Assembly (NCBI GenBank): GCA_002314795.1 | Contig: DCHI01000031.1 | Span: 2,157 to 66,156 of the forward strand | DNA length: 64,000 nucleotides | Source: Bacteroidales bacterium UBA1756 | GTDB taxonomy: Bacteria; Bacteroidota; Bacteroidia; Bacteroidales; WCHB1-69 | Direction: 5' to 3' | In this document: positions 49,003 through 57,311 of the stretch, piece after piece | Numbering within the stretch: the stretch's first letter is position 1 | Layout of the letters: the number at the start of each line of letters is the position of its first letter | The notes under the pieces: generated by a model | What the model saw: the letters and a program-made list of their open reading frames with translations, nothing else | The model's database searches: none | Told to the model about the DNA's origin: nothing | Position numbers and translations under genes: made by a program

Positions 49003-49937
49003 TGAATACATTTGGCACAATTTTCCGACTCACTGATTTTGGAGACACGCACGGTCCGTGTATGGGTGGCATCATTGATGGCTGTCCTTCAGGACTTTTG
49101 TTTGATATTCCCTTCGTTCAAGCCGAACTCGCACGTCGCTCACTTCCGGGTGACGGTCGCTGCGAAAAGGACGAAGTCCGCTTTCTGTCAGGTATTTATG
49201 ATGGCGTGACGACGGGCGCTCCCATCGGTTTTGTTATTGAAAATGAGGACGGTATTGCAAGTCCCGTTACGAACCAGTTACTGAAGCCGTCACACTCTTC
49301 TTTTGTTTATAAAGAAAAATATGGTCATACTTGCAATGAGCAGGGGGGACGTTCCTCCGCCCGTCAAACGGTCTGTCGCGTGGTAGCGGGTGCGGTTGCA
49401 AAAATGTTTCTTCGGAACCACGGCGTGACTGTCACTTCGCGTGTGCTTGCTTCGTCGGTGCAAGTTCCTTCGGGGGATACGGTTGGCGCTACGGTCGAGG
49501 CCGTCATCCACGGTCTCCCTGCCGGTTTGGGTGAGCCGGTCTATGATAAGTTTGACGCGCGTTTGGCAGCGGCTATGCTCTCCATTCCCGCTTGCAAGGG
49601 GTTTGAAATAGGGGAGGGCTTTCGCGCCGCCAATATGTTGGGCTCCCAGTACAATGATGTTCAGAATCCGGACTTCTCCTTTCAGACGAATCACGATGGA
49701 GGCGTTCAGGCCGGCATCACCAATGGCGAAGACGTGATCTTCCGTGTGGCCTTCAAACCGATTCCTTCCATCCAACTTTCACAGAAAACCATTGACTATC
49801 AAGGAAATGAAACAATTTATGCATCGTCGAATCGTAACGATGTTTGTGTCGCTCCGCGTGTGCTGCCTGTTGTGGAGGCGATGGCCGCTCACGTCACTTT
49901 CGATTTGATGCTTCTAAAACAAGCCAATAAATTGTAA
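49002..49937 (+). CDS. aroC: chorismate synthase-like protein, short and divergent
   Basis: Alignable from memory to AroC: FRLTDFGDTHG, GGRSSARQT, NHDGGVQAGITNGEDVIFRVAFKP, VCVAPRVLPVVEAMAA. It is about 45 aa shorter than usual and substituted at several conserved positions. The ATG overlaps the upstream TGA. Confidence 0.7.
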   Translation: MNTFGTIFRLTDFGDTHGPCMGGIIDGCPSGLLFDIPFVQAELARRSLPGDGRCEKDEVRFLSGIYDGVTTGAPIGFVIENEDGIASPVTNQLLKPSHSSFVYKEKYGHTCNEQGGRSSARQTVCRVVAGAVAKMFLRNHGVTVTSRVLASSVQVPSGDTVGATVEAVIHGLPAGLGEPVYDKFDARLAAAMLSIPACKGFEIGEGFRAANMLGSQYNDVQNPDFSFQTNHDGGVQAGITNGEDVIFRVAFKPIPSIQLSQKTIDYQGNETIYASSNRNDVCVAPRVLPVVEAMAAHVTFDLMLLKQANKL

Positions 49938-49966
49938 AATATTGTCTCATTATTATTTATAAAAAG

Positions 49967-50869
49967 ATGTTCACTACTCCTATTCTTGTCATTACGTATC
50001 ATCGGATTGAATCAACGCACGACCTGTTTACAGTGCTTCGCCAGCTAAAACCACAAAAGTTATATGTCGCCGCTGATGGAGGCTGTTCCGGAGACCGCGT
50101 CGATTATCAACTTTGTCTTGAAGCGAGATGCGTTTTTATGCCCGAATGGGATTGTGAAATGCACACCCTTTTTAAAGATTCACATCACGGAAAGTCCAAG
50201 ATGTTTATGCAAGCCATCGATTGGTTTTTTGAACAGGAGCAGGAAGGAATTATCCTTTTCGATGACACGGTCCCGAATATTGATTTCTTCTACTTTTGTC
50301 AGCAAATGCTTGATGTTTATCGCGACGATCAGCGCATTGGACATATTTCTGGTTCCAATCTTTTGAAACATAATAAGAAAGATGAAAATTCCTACTATTT
50401 TTCCGCCTATCCTTTGGTGTGGGGATTTGCCACTTGGAAAAATCGTATTGATGGTTTGGATTTGAAAATGAGAGAATTGGAATCAATTGATTTCCATACG
50501 CTTACAGACCATTATGTGATGAAAAAGAAGCACGCCTATTTTTGGGCTCGCCGTTATCGTATCTTGCGCAAGAATCAAATCGATATTTGGGAGTACCAGT
50601 ACTTTTTCCACCTTTGGAAGTCAGGCCGCTTGAGTATTATCCCAAATGTTAACTTAGTGGAAAACAGAAGTTTTCAAAATAAGAAACGCCGTATTCGTCG
50701 CCTCGCTCGTCCGTTGAAACACATTATGCCTCTGACTTTGAACCAGCAGGTTGAACAGGACGCGGAAGCAGATCGCTACGTTTTCCGTCGCTATTTTAAA
50801 AAGGATGTGCTAACCATTTTGGAAAACTGGTTCAAGGAAAACTTATTGGGAGAAGAAAAAAGTGTGTAA
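49967..50869 (+). CDS. hypothetical protein, possibly a GT-A-like nucleotide-sugar transferase
   Basis: 300-aa cytoplasmic ORF. The N-terminus (PILVITYHR...YVAADGG) resembles a family annotated as HlpA-like or glycosyltransferase. Weak call. Confidence 0.4.
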   Translation: MFTTPILVITYHRIESTHDLFTVLRQLKPQKLYVAADGGCSGDRVDYQLCLEARCVFMPEWDCEMHTLFKDSHHGKSKMFMQAIDWFFEQEQEGIILFDDTVPNIDFFYFCQQMLDVYRDDQRIGHISGSNLLKHNKKDENSYYFSAYPLVWGFATWKNRIDGLDLKMRELESIDFHTLTDHYVMKKKHAYFWARRYRILRKNQIDIWEYQYFFHLWKSGRLSIIPNVNLVENRSFQNKKRRIRRLARPLKHIMPLTLNQQVEQDAEADRYVFRRYFKKDVLTILENWFKENLLGEEKSV

Positions 50870-51514
50870 TTACCAATAAAGAGATACTAACATCCTAATA
50901 ATCATAAAAATACCGAGAGCGCAGAAAACAACGCCCACAATTCGGTTGATGATAAAGGCCACTTCGTGAGTAATGGCCTTTTTTAGTTTCCCTGCAAAGA
51001 AACTCTTGAGCATATCGATGCAAAAGATAGTGAGTAAGATGCAAGCAAAGAAAATGATTTGATTGTGGATGCTCGGTCCGCTGTACGGTGCGATGCCTAA
51101 CCAGAGAATCCAAACGAAAGGATTGGTGATGTTGAATGCAAACCCTTTTGCCGGATATTTGAAAAGTCCCCAGTTGTTGCTGCGGTCGTTGTTCAACACC
51201 TCTTCTTGACGGCGGGTTTTTACTTGCCTTTTGCGGTTGAAGAAGGTGATTAAACCATAGACGATGAGAATGATGCCGCCAAGAATGCTGAAAAGGAGCT
51301 TCGCCATTTCATTCTGCATAATTCCGGCAGTTCCCCACAGGCACAGCGAAATTAAAATGATGTCACTCAAGGCGATGCCTAAGGCAAAGAGAATGCCTGA
51401 CTTGAAGCCATTGTTCAAACTGGTCTGAATAATGCCCAAAAAAGCAGCTCCGGGAGCCACTGAAATGGCTAATCCGACGGGAATCGCTTGCATAAGAGTG
51501 GCGAAAATGTTCAT
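50870..51514 (-). CDS. LysE-family amino-acid exporter
   Basis: 214 aa with about 6 transmembrane helices and a LysE/RhtB-like N-terminal pattern (PGAAFLGIIQTSL). Confidence 0.75.
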   Translation of the reverse strand: MNIFATLMQAIPVGLAISVAPGAAFLGIIQTSLNNGFKSGILFALGIALSDIILISLCLWGTAGIMQNEMAKLLFSILGGIILIVYGLITFFNRKRQVKTRRQEEVLNNDRSNNWGLFKYPAKGFAFNITNPFVWILWLGIAPYSGPSIHNQIIFFACILLTIFCIDMLKSFFAGKLKKAITHEVAFIINRIVGVVFCALGIFMIIRMLVSLYW

Positions 51515-52272
51515 TATTCGTGTGGACCCTTTCTTTTTCCAAAATTATACGCAATGTATGCGCCAAGATAAAATGTGTTCGCCTTGTTGAAGGCCATCTG
51601 CTGTACGAATGGGAAAACCATATCGTACGTTACGCCGATTTCTAAAGCGTGCATCGTGTATTCATCCTTGCTGAAATCAAAATTGAATCCGGTCTTCAAG
51701 TAAAAGCCTGGATGAAGCGAAGTTTTTCCAAGCCCAGTGAAGAAGTTGGCACGGCTGATGATGTCCTCCATTGGTTGTGCCTCCGGGTCGAAGCGTTCAA
51801 CGGAAACACCGGTGTAAGTCCCATCGTTAGCGTATTGTGCCACATTGACATAAACGGGAATGGCGAACCCTAACGAAACTCCTCCCGACAAAGTGTATCG
51901 GATACGTACTCCGCCCCAGTAGGGTTTTTGATGCAAGGTGCGCTGGTATCCGTAACCTCCGTGAAGGAAGAACAAGTCGCACAATTTCCCGTACGAAAAT
52001 GGTCTCGCCTGCGGGAAATAGGGATTCCTTGCTAATACGGCCTTGTGGTGAATGTTGTAAGTAAGGTCAATTTCCCAAAAGTGCTTGTCCGTATAGGTCG
52101 GTGTCCATCCTTGCTGAAACCCGATGCCGCCTCCATTCGTATTGATGAATACGTTGAGATTATGTTCCTTGAGAATAATCTTCCTCCATTCGACTTCCCC
52201 AACATCCTGGGCAAGCACGAACGGAAAAAGAAACATAAGAAGAATCCATAAATTTGCCTTCTTAAGTCTCAT
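51514..52272 (-). CDS. hypothetical outer-membrane beta-barrel-like protein
   Basis: Signal peptide (FPFVLAQD) and G/Y/F-rich alternating strands. Confidence 0.5.
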   Translation of the reverse strand: MRLKKANLWILLMFLFPFVLAQDVGEVEWRKIILKEHNLNVFINTNGGGIGFQQGWTPTYTDKHFWEIDLTYNIHHKAVLARNPYFPQARPFSYGKLCDLFFLHGGYGYQRTLHQKPYWGGVRIRYTLSGGVSLGFAIPVYVNVAQYANDGTYTGVSVERFDPEAQPMEDIISRANFFTGLGKTSLHPGFYLKTGFNFDFSKDEYTMHALEIGVTYDMVFPFVQQMAFNKANTFYLGAYIAYNFGKRKGPHE

Positions 52273-52289
52273 CGGGAACGGAAAAAATG

Positions 52290-52433
52290 CTATTTTTCAG
52301 CAACGTTATCGTTCATCACCTGGGGAACTTCGGTGTAATGACCGTAAGCAGGGCATTTGTGTTGGGTAGCGCAAGCCGCAAAAGTGGTGAGTAATACAAA
52401 TAATACACTGATAATCAATAAGGTACGTTTCAT
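52290..52433 (-). CDS. small lipoprotein (47 aa), absent from the ORF track
   Basis: My manual translation gives MKRTLLIISVLFVLLTTFAACATQHKCPAYGHYTEVPQVMNDNVAEK*. It has a lipobox-like FAAC, a TATTTTTG -7 box 24 nt upstream, and ends 18 nt before the next gene. Confidence 0.5.
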   Translation of the reverse strand: MKRTLLIISVLFVLLTTFAACATQHKCPAYGHYTEVPQVMNDNVAEK

Positions 52434-52456
52434 TATGGTTAATTTTTTTAAGAGTG

Positions 52457-52464
52457 CAAAAATA
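52457..52464 (-). promoter_or_regulatory. Bacteroidota -7 box (TATTTTTG) for the small-lipoprotein operon
   Basis: The minus strand reads TATTTTTGCACTC, 24 nt upstream of the ATG at 52433. Confidence 0.5.
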
Positions 52465-52519
52465 AAAAAAATATAATTTAGTTATATAATAAATTTTTGC
52501 TTTTTCGTTTTTTTGTCGA

Positions 52520-54241
52520 ATGAGATATCGGATATTATTGATAACCCTATTTTGGGGCTTTTCGCTTCACGCGCTGGCTCAGAATACGGTCGTCATTTCC
52601 AACGTTCCTCCCGAAATCCAAAACCTTCGGAAATTGGGCTTCAAAAAACAAGTGAAGGACTCCACCGAATTGCAAGCACGTTTGGAACTGTTTTCCTATC
52701 GCTGTCGTACAAGTGGTTATGCCGCCTTTTCTATCGATTCCGTCCGTTTCTCTCAAGATACTTTCTATGTTTTTCCGTATTGGGGAACCGATTATTCATC
52801 ATTTCTTCAAATGGATTCTGTAACTTTTTTATTTTCAAATAAATATGGATTGGATAGGATGCTTCATAATGGCAGACTTTCCTTGGCAGACTATCCCTCT
52901 TTTTCATCCCGACTTCTTGAAAAATTAGAGAATGATGGCTATCCTTTCGCCTCCATTGATTTGATAATGAACGATGAGAGTCCGAACGACGCTCGTGTGC
53001 AAACCTCGCTCGGCCCCGCCGTGCAGTACGATTCTATCGTAATCAAGGGAACGCTTAAGCTACGTCCAAACTTTGTGCGTGCGATTCTGAATTGGAAATC
53101 CGGACGGAAGTATGTGGAACGCAATGCCGCCGCTGTTTCCACCAAGCTGAAGGCATTGCCCTACGCCTCTTTGACGCGCGAGCCAGGTGTGGAATTTGTT
53201 GGAAATAAGGCGATTCTGTACGTTTTTGCGGATAAACGCAAGTGCAACCAGTTTGATGGTTACGTCGGCATTGTCCCTGTGAGTGAGCAATCGGGAAAGG
53301 TGATGGTGACGGGTGAGGCCAATTTGAAATTGCAGAATGTGTTTAAAATAGGGGAGAAGTTGGAACTGAGGTGGCAAGCTCCCGAACGTTATTCGCAGTA
53401 TCTCTTGGTCAATGCTGATTTCCCTTGCTGGTTTGGAACGCCGCTCGGTCTTTCTGGGAATTTTACGCTGGACAAGAAGGATACTTCCTACTTGAATATG
53501 AGGTATCGCGCAGCCGTCACTTACTCATTTTTTGGCACAAACGAACTTCAGGCCTATTTCCTGTATGCCACTTCTACCATACTTCGACCGGAACTTATTT
53601 CCTTTTCTACTAATGATTCCGTCGCTTTGGATTACCGCAAGCCGATGTACGGACTTCGTCTCGCTTTCGCCCGACTGGACGATGCTCAGCATCCGCGTTC
53701 CGGCTTCCGTTTGGACCTGGATGTGGCGGCAGGAAGTCGTCGCGTTTTGCAAAATGCGGCCGCCAATCCGGAGATTTATTCGGGAATGACTTTGAAAACC
53801 TCAACGTATCAAATGACGGGAACGTTGAGTGGTTATGTCCCGATTCGAAAGCGTTGGGGCTGGGTGGCGAATTTGTCCGGTGGCTGGTCATACGCCACGC
53901 AGCAGATTTATAATGACCTTTTCCGTATCGGTGGCACGCAGACGTTGCAGGGTTTCGATGAAAAGTCACTGTACGCTACTTCGTATTTGGTGGCGGCAAC
54001 CGAGTTCCGTTTTTGGTTCGCTTCGTTTTCTTATTTAAATGTTTTCTTTAACGGATCGTGGTATGAGCGCAGATTGTCAGATAGTTACTATTTTGACTTT
54101 CCGTTCGGCTTCGGCCTCGGAGCAACGTTCCATACGAAGGCGGGTGACTTTTATATCAGTTATGCCTTGGGCCAACAAAAGAACAATCCCGTTTCTTTCA
54201 AAACGGGAAAGATTCATTTTGGAATGGATATTCGATTCTAA
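52520..54241 (+). CDS. Omp85-superfamily (BamA/TamA-like) outer-membrane protein
   Basis: Signal peptide (FSLHALAQ), an N-terminal POTRA-like region, and a C-terminal barrel ending GKIHFGMDIRF (terminal Phe). Confidence 0.65.
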   Translation: MRYRILLITLFWGFSLHALAQNTVVISNVPPEIQNLRKLGFKKQVKDSTELQARLELFSYRCRTSGYAAFSIDSVRFSQDTFYVFPYWGTDYSSFLQMDSVTFLFSNKYGLDRMLHNGRLSLADYPSFSSRLLEKLENDGYPFASIDLIMNDESPNDARVQTSLGPAVQYDSIVIKGTLKLRPNFVRAILNWKSGRKYVERNAAAVSTKLKALPYASLTREPGVEFVGNKAILYVFADKRKCNQFDGYVGIVPVSEQSGKVMVTGEANLKLQNVFKIGEKLELRWQAPERYSQYLLVNADFPCWFGTPLGLSGNFTLDKKDTSYLNMRYRAAVTYSFFGTNELQAYFLYATSTILRPELISFSTNDSVALDYRKPMYGLRLAFARLDDAQHPRSGFRLDLDVAAGSRRVLQNAAANPEIYSGMTLKTSTYQMTGTLSGYVPIRKRWGWVANLSGGWSYATQQIYNDLFRIGGTQTLQGFDEKSLYATSYLVAATEFRFWFASFSYLNVFFNGSWYERRLSDSYYFDFPFGFGLGATFHTKAGDFYISYALGQQKNNPVSFKTGKIHFGMDIRF

Positions 54242-54308
54242 AAGTTGTAAAAGAAATACGCTTTTCCGCTACGCTTATAATCAAGGGTTTGATATGCGAT
54301 CAGCCCAT

Positions 54309-54380
54309 CTTTAAGAACTTCATAAACTTTAAGAACTTCATAAACTTTACAAACTTTACAAACTTTACAAACTTTACAAA
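54309..54380 (+). repeat. 9-bp tandem array: (CTTTAAGAA CTTCATAAA) x2 followed by CTTTACAAA x4
   Basis: Read directly: eight in-phase 9-mers between convergent genes. Same unit family and orientation as the array at 5607..5675. Confidence 0.9.
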
Positions 54381-54386
54381 CCCCTC

Positions 54387-56156
54387 TTATCCGAAGAGTT
54401 CGTCAATCTGCTCTTTGTAGATTTTTTGCACAATGTGACGTTTCACTTTGAGCGTCGGAGTCAAAATGCCGTTCTGCTGGCTCCAAGAGTCGCTGACCAG
54501 TCTGAATTTCTTAATGCGTTCTGTTTCACCGAATAAGGCATTGTATTTTTCAATCTCTCGAGAAAAACGTTTGTTGATTGCCAAGTCGTGTACAGCCTCT
54601 TCCGGCGTTGAAAAATCAATGTTGTGGCGTTTGCACCACGATTTCAAGTGTTCGAAATTGGGAGAGATGATGGCGGCGGCAAATTTCTGATTTTCACCCA
54701 CAACTACCATATTGTCAATGAACAGGGATTCTCCGAATTTTTCTTCAATAACTTGTGGATTGACGTACTTTCCAAAAGAGGTCTTGAAAATATTTTTCAG
54801 ACGGCCAGTGATTTTCAGCTGTCCCTTGTCCGTCCATTCCCCTTGGTCGCCCGTGTGGAACCAGCCGTCCTCATCAATCACCGTGCGAGTGAGTTCCTCA
54901 TCTTTGTAATATCCCATCATCACATTCGGCCCTTTGCACAGAATTTCCCCATTATCAGCAATGCGGACGGAGACGCCTGGAAGTGCGAAACCGACAGTGC
55001 CGACTTCGCGGGAATATTTCAGGCGCTGGCTGACAGCAATGACGGGTGAGGTTTCGGTAGCGCCATAACCTTCGAAAACTGGCATCCCGATAGCAGAAAA
55101 CAGGGCGCACAGCCGCGGCTGAAGACTGGCAGCTCCCGATATGAGAATGTCGAAGTTTCCTCCAATGTTTTTTCGTATCTTTTTGTAAATCAACTTGTCT
55201 GCGACCCAATGGCGGCAATTGTACCAAAGGGTTCTGTCCGAGTCCTGAATCTTGTATTGTTCTGCCAGGTCAATGGCCCAGTCGTAAATTGCCTTCGGAA
55301 CGGGCTTCATATTCTTACTCGCCGAGCAGATTTTTTCCGCGAATTTCTCTAAAACTCTGGGCACTGCACCCATCATCGTCGGGTTGACCTCTTTAATATT
55401 TTCTGCAATAGTGCCAAGATTTTGCGCATAATAGACACTCATCCCGAGATGCTGATACAAGAAAACGATCATTCGTTCGTAGGCGTGGCACAAGGGAAGA
55501 AAACTGAATCCGCGCTTTGACCACTTGGCGGGTATCTGTCTTAAATTTTTGATTTGGTTGACGATGTTGCTATGTGACAACATAACTCCTTTGGGCGTTC
55601 CCGTCGTTCCAGAGGTGTACATAATGGTTGAACAATCCTCCGGTTTGACAGCATCACTTCTTCTAAGCAGTTCCTCCGGATTCCGGTGCGACGCTCCCAA
55701 TTCGATCAGTTGATCGAGATAGGGGAATTTTTCGCGGTTGATAAAGGTGTAAACATACTTTAAATCAGGAGTATCTGGAAGAATATTTGCAATTTTGTTC
55801 ATCACTTCCGCGCCTTCCACGATGACGGCTTTCATTCCGGAATGCTGAACGATGTACCGATAGTCGTTTTCACTAATGGTAGGATAGACAGGAACCGAGA
55901 TAGCGCCAATCTGCAAAATGGCCATATCAATCATATTCCATTCGGGGCGGTTGGTGGAAATAATGCCGACGCGGTCGCCTTGCTGTATGCCGAGTTCCAT
56001 AAAACCATAGCTGATATTGTCGGTGATATGTTTGTATTCGCTCGGCGAATAGGCGAGCCATCTGCCGTTGTTCTTTCCAGCAAGTGCCGTTTTTTGATTC
56101 GGATGTCTTTCTTCGTACTGATTTAAAATGTCAAAAATTCTTGAAATGTCTTTCAT
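54387..56156 (-). CDS. long-chain fatty acid--CoA ligase (AMP-forming)
   Basis: Start chosen at MKDISRIFD. AMP-binding motif MYTSGTTGTPKGV, plus GYGATET and TGDQG motifs. Confidence 0.85.
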   Translation of the reverse strand: MKDISRIFDILNQYEERHPNQKTALAGKNNGRWLAYSPSEYKHITDNISYGFMELGIQQGDRVGIISTNRPEWNMIDMAILQIGAISVPVYPTISENDYRYIVQHSGMKAVIVEGAEVMNKIANILPDTPDLKYVYTFINREKFPYLDQLIELGASHRNPEELLRRSDAVKPEDCSTIMYTSGTTGTPKGVMLSHSNIVNQIKNLRQIPAKWSKRGFSFLPLCHAYERMIVFLYQHLGMSVYYAQNLGTIAENIKEVNPTMMGAVPRVLEKFAEKICSASKNMKPVPKAIYDWAIDLAEQYKIQDSDRTLWYNCRHWVADKLIYKKIRKNIGGNFDILISGAASLQPRLCALFSAIGMPVFEGYGATETSPVIAVSQRLKYSREVGTVGFALPGVSVRIADNGEILCKGPNVMMGYYKDEELTRTVIDEDGWFHTGDQGEWTDKGQLKITGRLKNIFKTSFGKYVNPQVIEEKFGESLFIDNMVVVGENQKFAAAIISPNFEHLKSWCKRHNIDFSTPEEAVHDLAINKRFSREIEKYNALFGETERIKKFRLVSDSWSQQNGILTPTLKVKRHIVQKIYKEQIDELFG

Positions 56157-56227
56157 ACTGTTTTTGAGTTTAAAAATGAGGGTGCAAAAGAACATCATTT
56201 TATAAAATGCTTGATAATAATGGGATA

Positions 56228-56304
56228 GGGGCGAATGAAGCGGGACTTAACGTTTTTATTTGGGGCGAAATCTGTTCTTCTGGGGCGAAATTCGGCGAAT
56301 GAAA
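56228..56304 (+). promoter_or_regulatory. phased direct repeats GGGGCGAA(A/T), four copies, candidate LytTR operator
   Basis: The GGCGAA cores start at 56230, 56264, 56284 and 56294, giving spacings of 34, 20 and 10 bp. They sit just upstream of the -7 box of the LytTR gene. Confidence 0.4.
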
Positions 56305-56325
56305 TTACGAGTGGGATAAAAATCG

Positions 56326-56333
56326 TATTTTTG
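56326..56333 (+). promoter_or_regulatory. Bacteroidota -7 box (TATTTTTG) for the LytTR gene
   Basis: TATTTTTGCCGCC lies 20 nt upstream of the ATG at 56353. Confidence 0.5.
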
Positions 56334-56352
56334 CCGCCCGATTTTTTATGCG

Positions 56353-57228
56353 ATGAATAAAAAACTACCAGAATATTTACTCAAGTTGAACACGAATTTG
56401 GAAATGTTGGCTTTCGTCGCCGTATTTTCCTTCGTCTTCATCTGTGTCTATACTCCTTTTGAATCTTCCAATTGGTTTAACACGAGCTCCTCGTCGCGTC
56501 AGTTCCTTTATTCGGCAATCGCCATTCTTGGTGGCGTAGCGATTTTGTCGTTGGGACGGTTTCTTCTTTTTATAATTAGCAAAAAGGCAACGATTACCAT
56601 TCTGCAGTACAGTTTTTGGCTGTGCGTGGAAATCCTTTTTATAGCGATAATCTATTCTGTATTTAATGTATTGATACTTAATGATTCAAGAGGATTTCCT
56701 CAAGTGTTCCGTCGGGCAATTCTTTTCGTCCCACTCATCCTTTTCATTCCCTATACCGTCTCATTCTTGTATTTTGCTTTCAAAGATCGGGACGTAAAGC
56801 TCCGTGCGCTCAGGAAGGAGACTGCGGATTCTGTGATTGGCTCGCCGGACTCCGAAAGTGTCCAGCAGAAACCTGCAAACGATGTTATCCACTTTGTGGA
56901 TGAAAAAGGCGCATTAAAACTCTCTATTCAAAGTGATTTCGTTCTGTATGTGCTCTCCGCTGACAACTATGTGAGCATTTACTATCAGAACAAAGGGAAA
57001 ATCATTCATACGATGGTTCGCACTACGTTGAAAAGTCTGGAAGAAAAGTTGGAACCATACGGCTTTGTTCGCTGTCATCGTTCTTATTTAGTGAATGTTA
57101 ACAAGGTGAAAATCGTTAGAAAAGAGCGTGAGGGTTTCTTTATTGATTTGGATATGGACGGCATTGGAGACATCCCGATTTCCAAGACCTACGCCGAGAA
57201 AATGATGAAGGTTTTCTCTTTCAATTAG
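56353..57228 (+). CDS. membrane-anchored LytTR-domain DNA-binding protein
   Basis: About four N-terminal transmembrane helices. The C-terminal LytTR domain reads ...YVLSADNYVSIYYQNKG...FVRCHRSYLVNVNKV. Confidence 0.8.
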   Translation: MNKKLPEYLLKLNTNLEMLAFVAVFSFVFICVYTPFESSNWFNTSSSSRQFLYSAIAILGGVAILSLGRFLLFIISKKATITILQYSFWLCVEILFIAIIYSVFNVLILNDSRGFPQVFRRAILFVPLILFIPYTVSFLYFAFKDRDVKLRALRKETADSVIGSPDSESVQQKPANDVIHFVDEKGALKLSIQSDFVLYVLSADNYVSIYYQNKGKIIHTMVRTTLKSLEEKLEPYGFVRCHRSYLVNVNKVKIVRKEREGFFIDLDMDGIGDIPISKTYAEKMMKVFSFN

Positions 57229-57285
57229 TCCTGTTTTTTTTACTTTTTTTATAAAAAAGTCGTAACTCGTTTGGCGAAAATCACG

Positions 57286-57293
57286 TAAATTTG
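57286..57293 (+). promoter_or_regulatory. Bacteroidota -7 box (TAAATTTG) for the M64 peptidase gene
   Basis: TAAATTTGCGCCC lies 19 nt upstream of the ATG at 57312. Confidence 0.5.
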
Positions 57294-57311
57294 CGCCCTT
57301 ATTTTGTGAAG

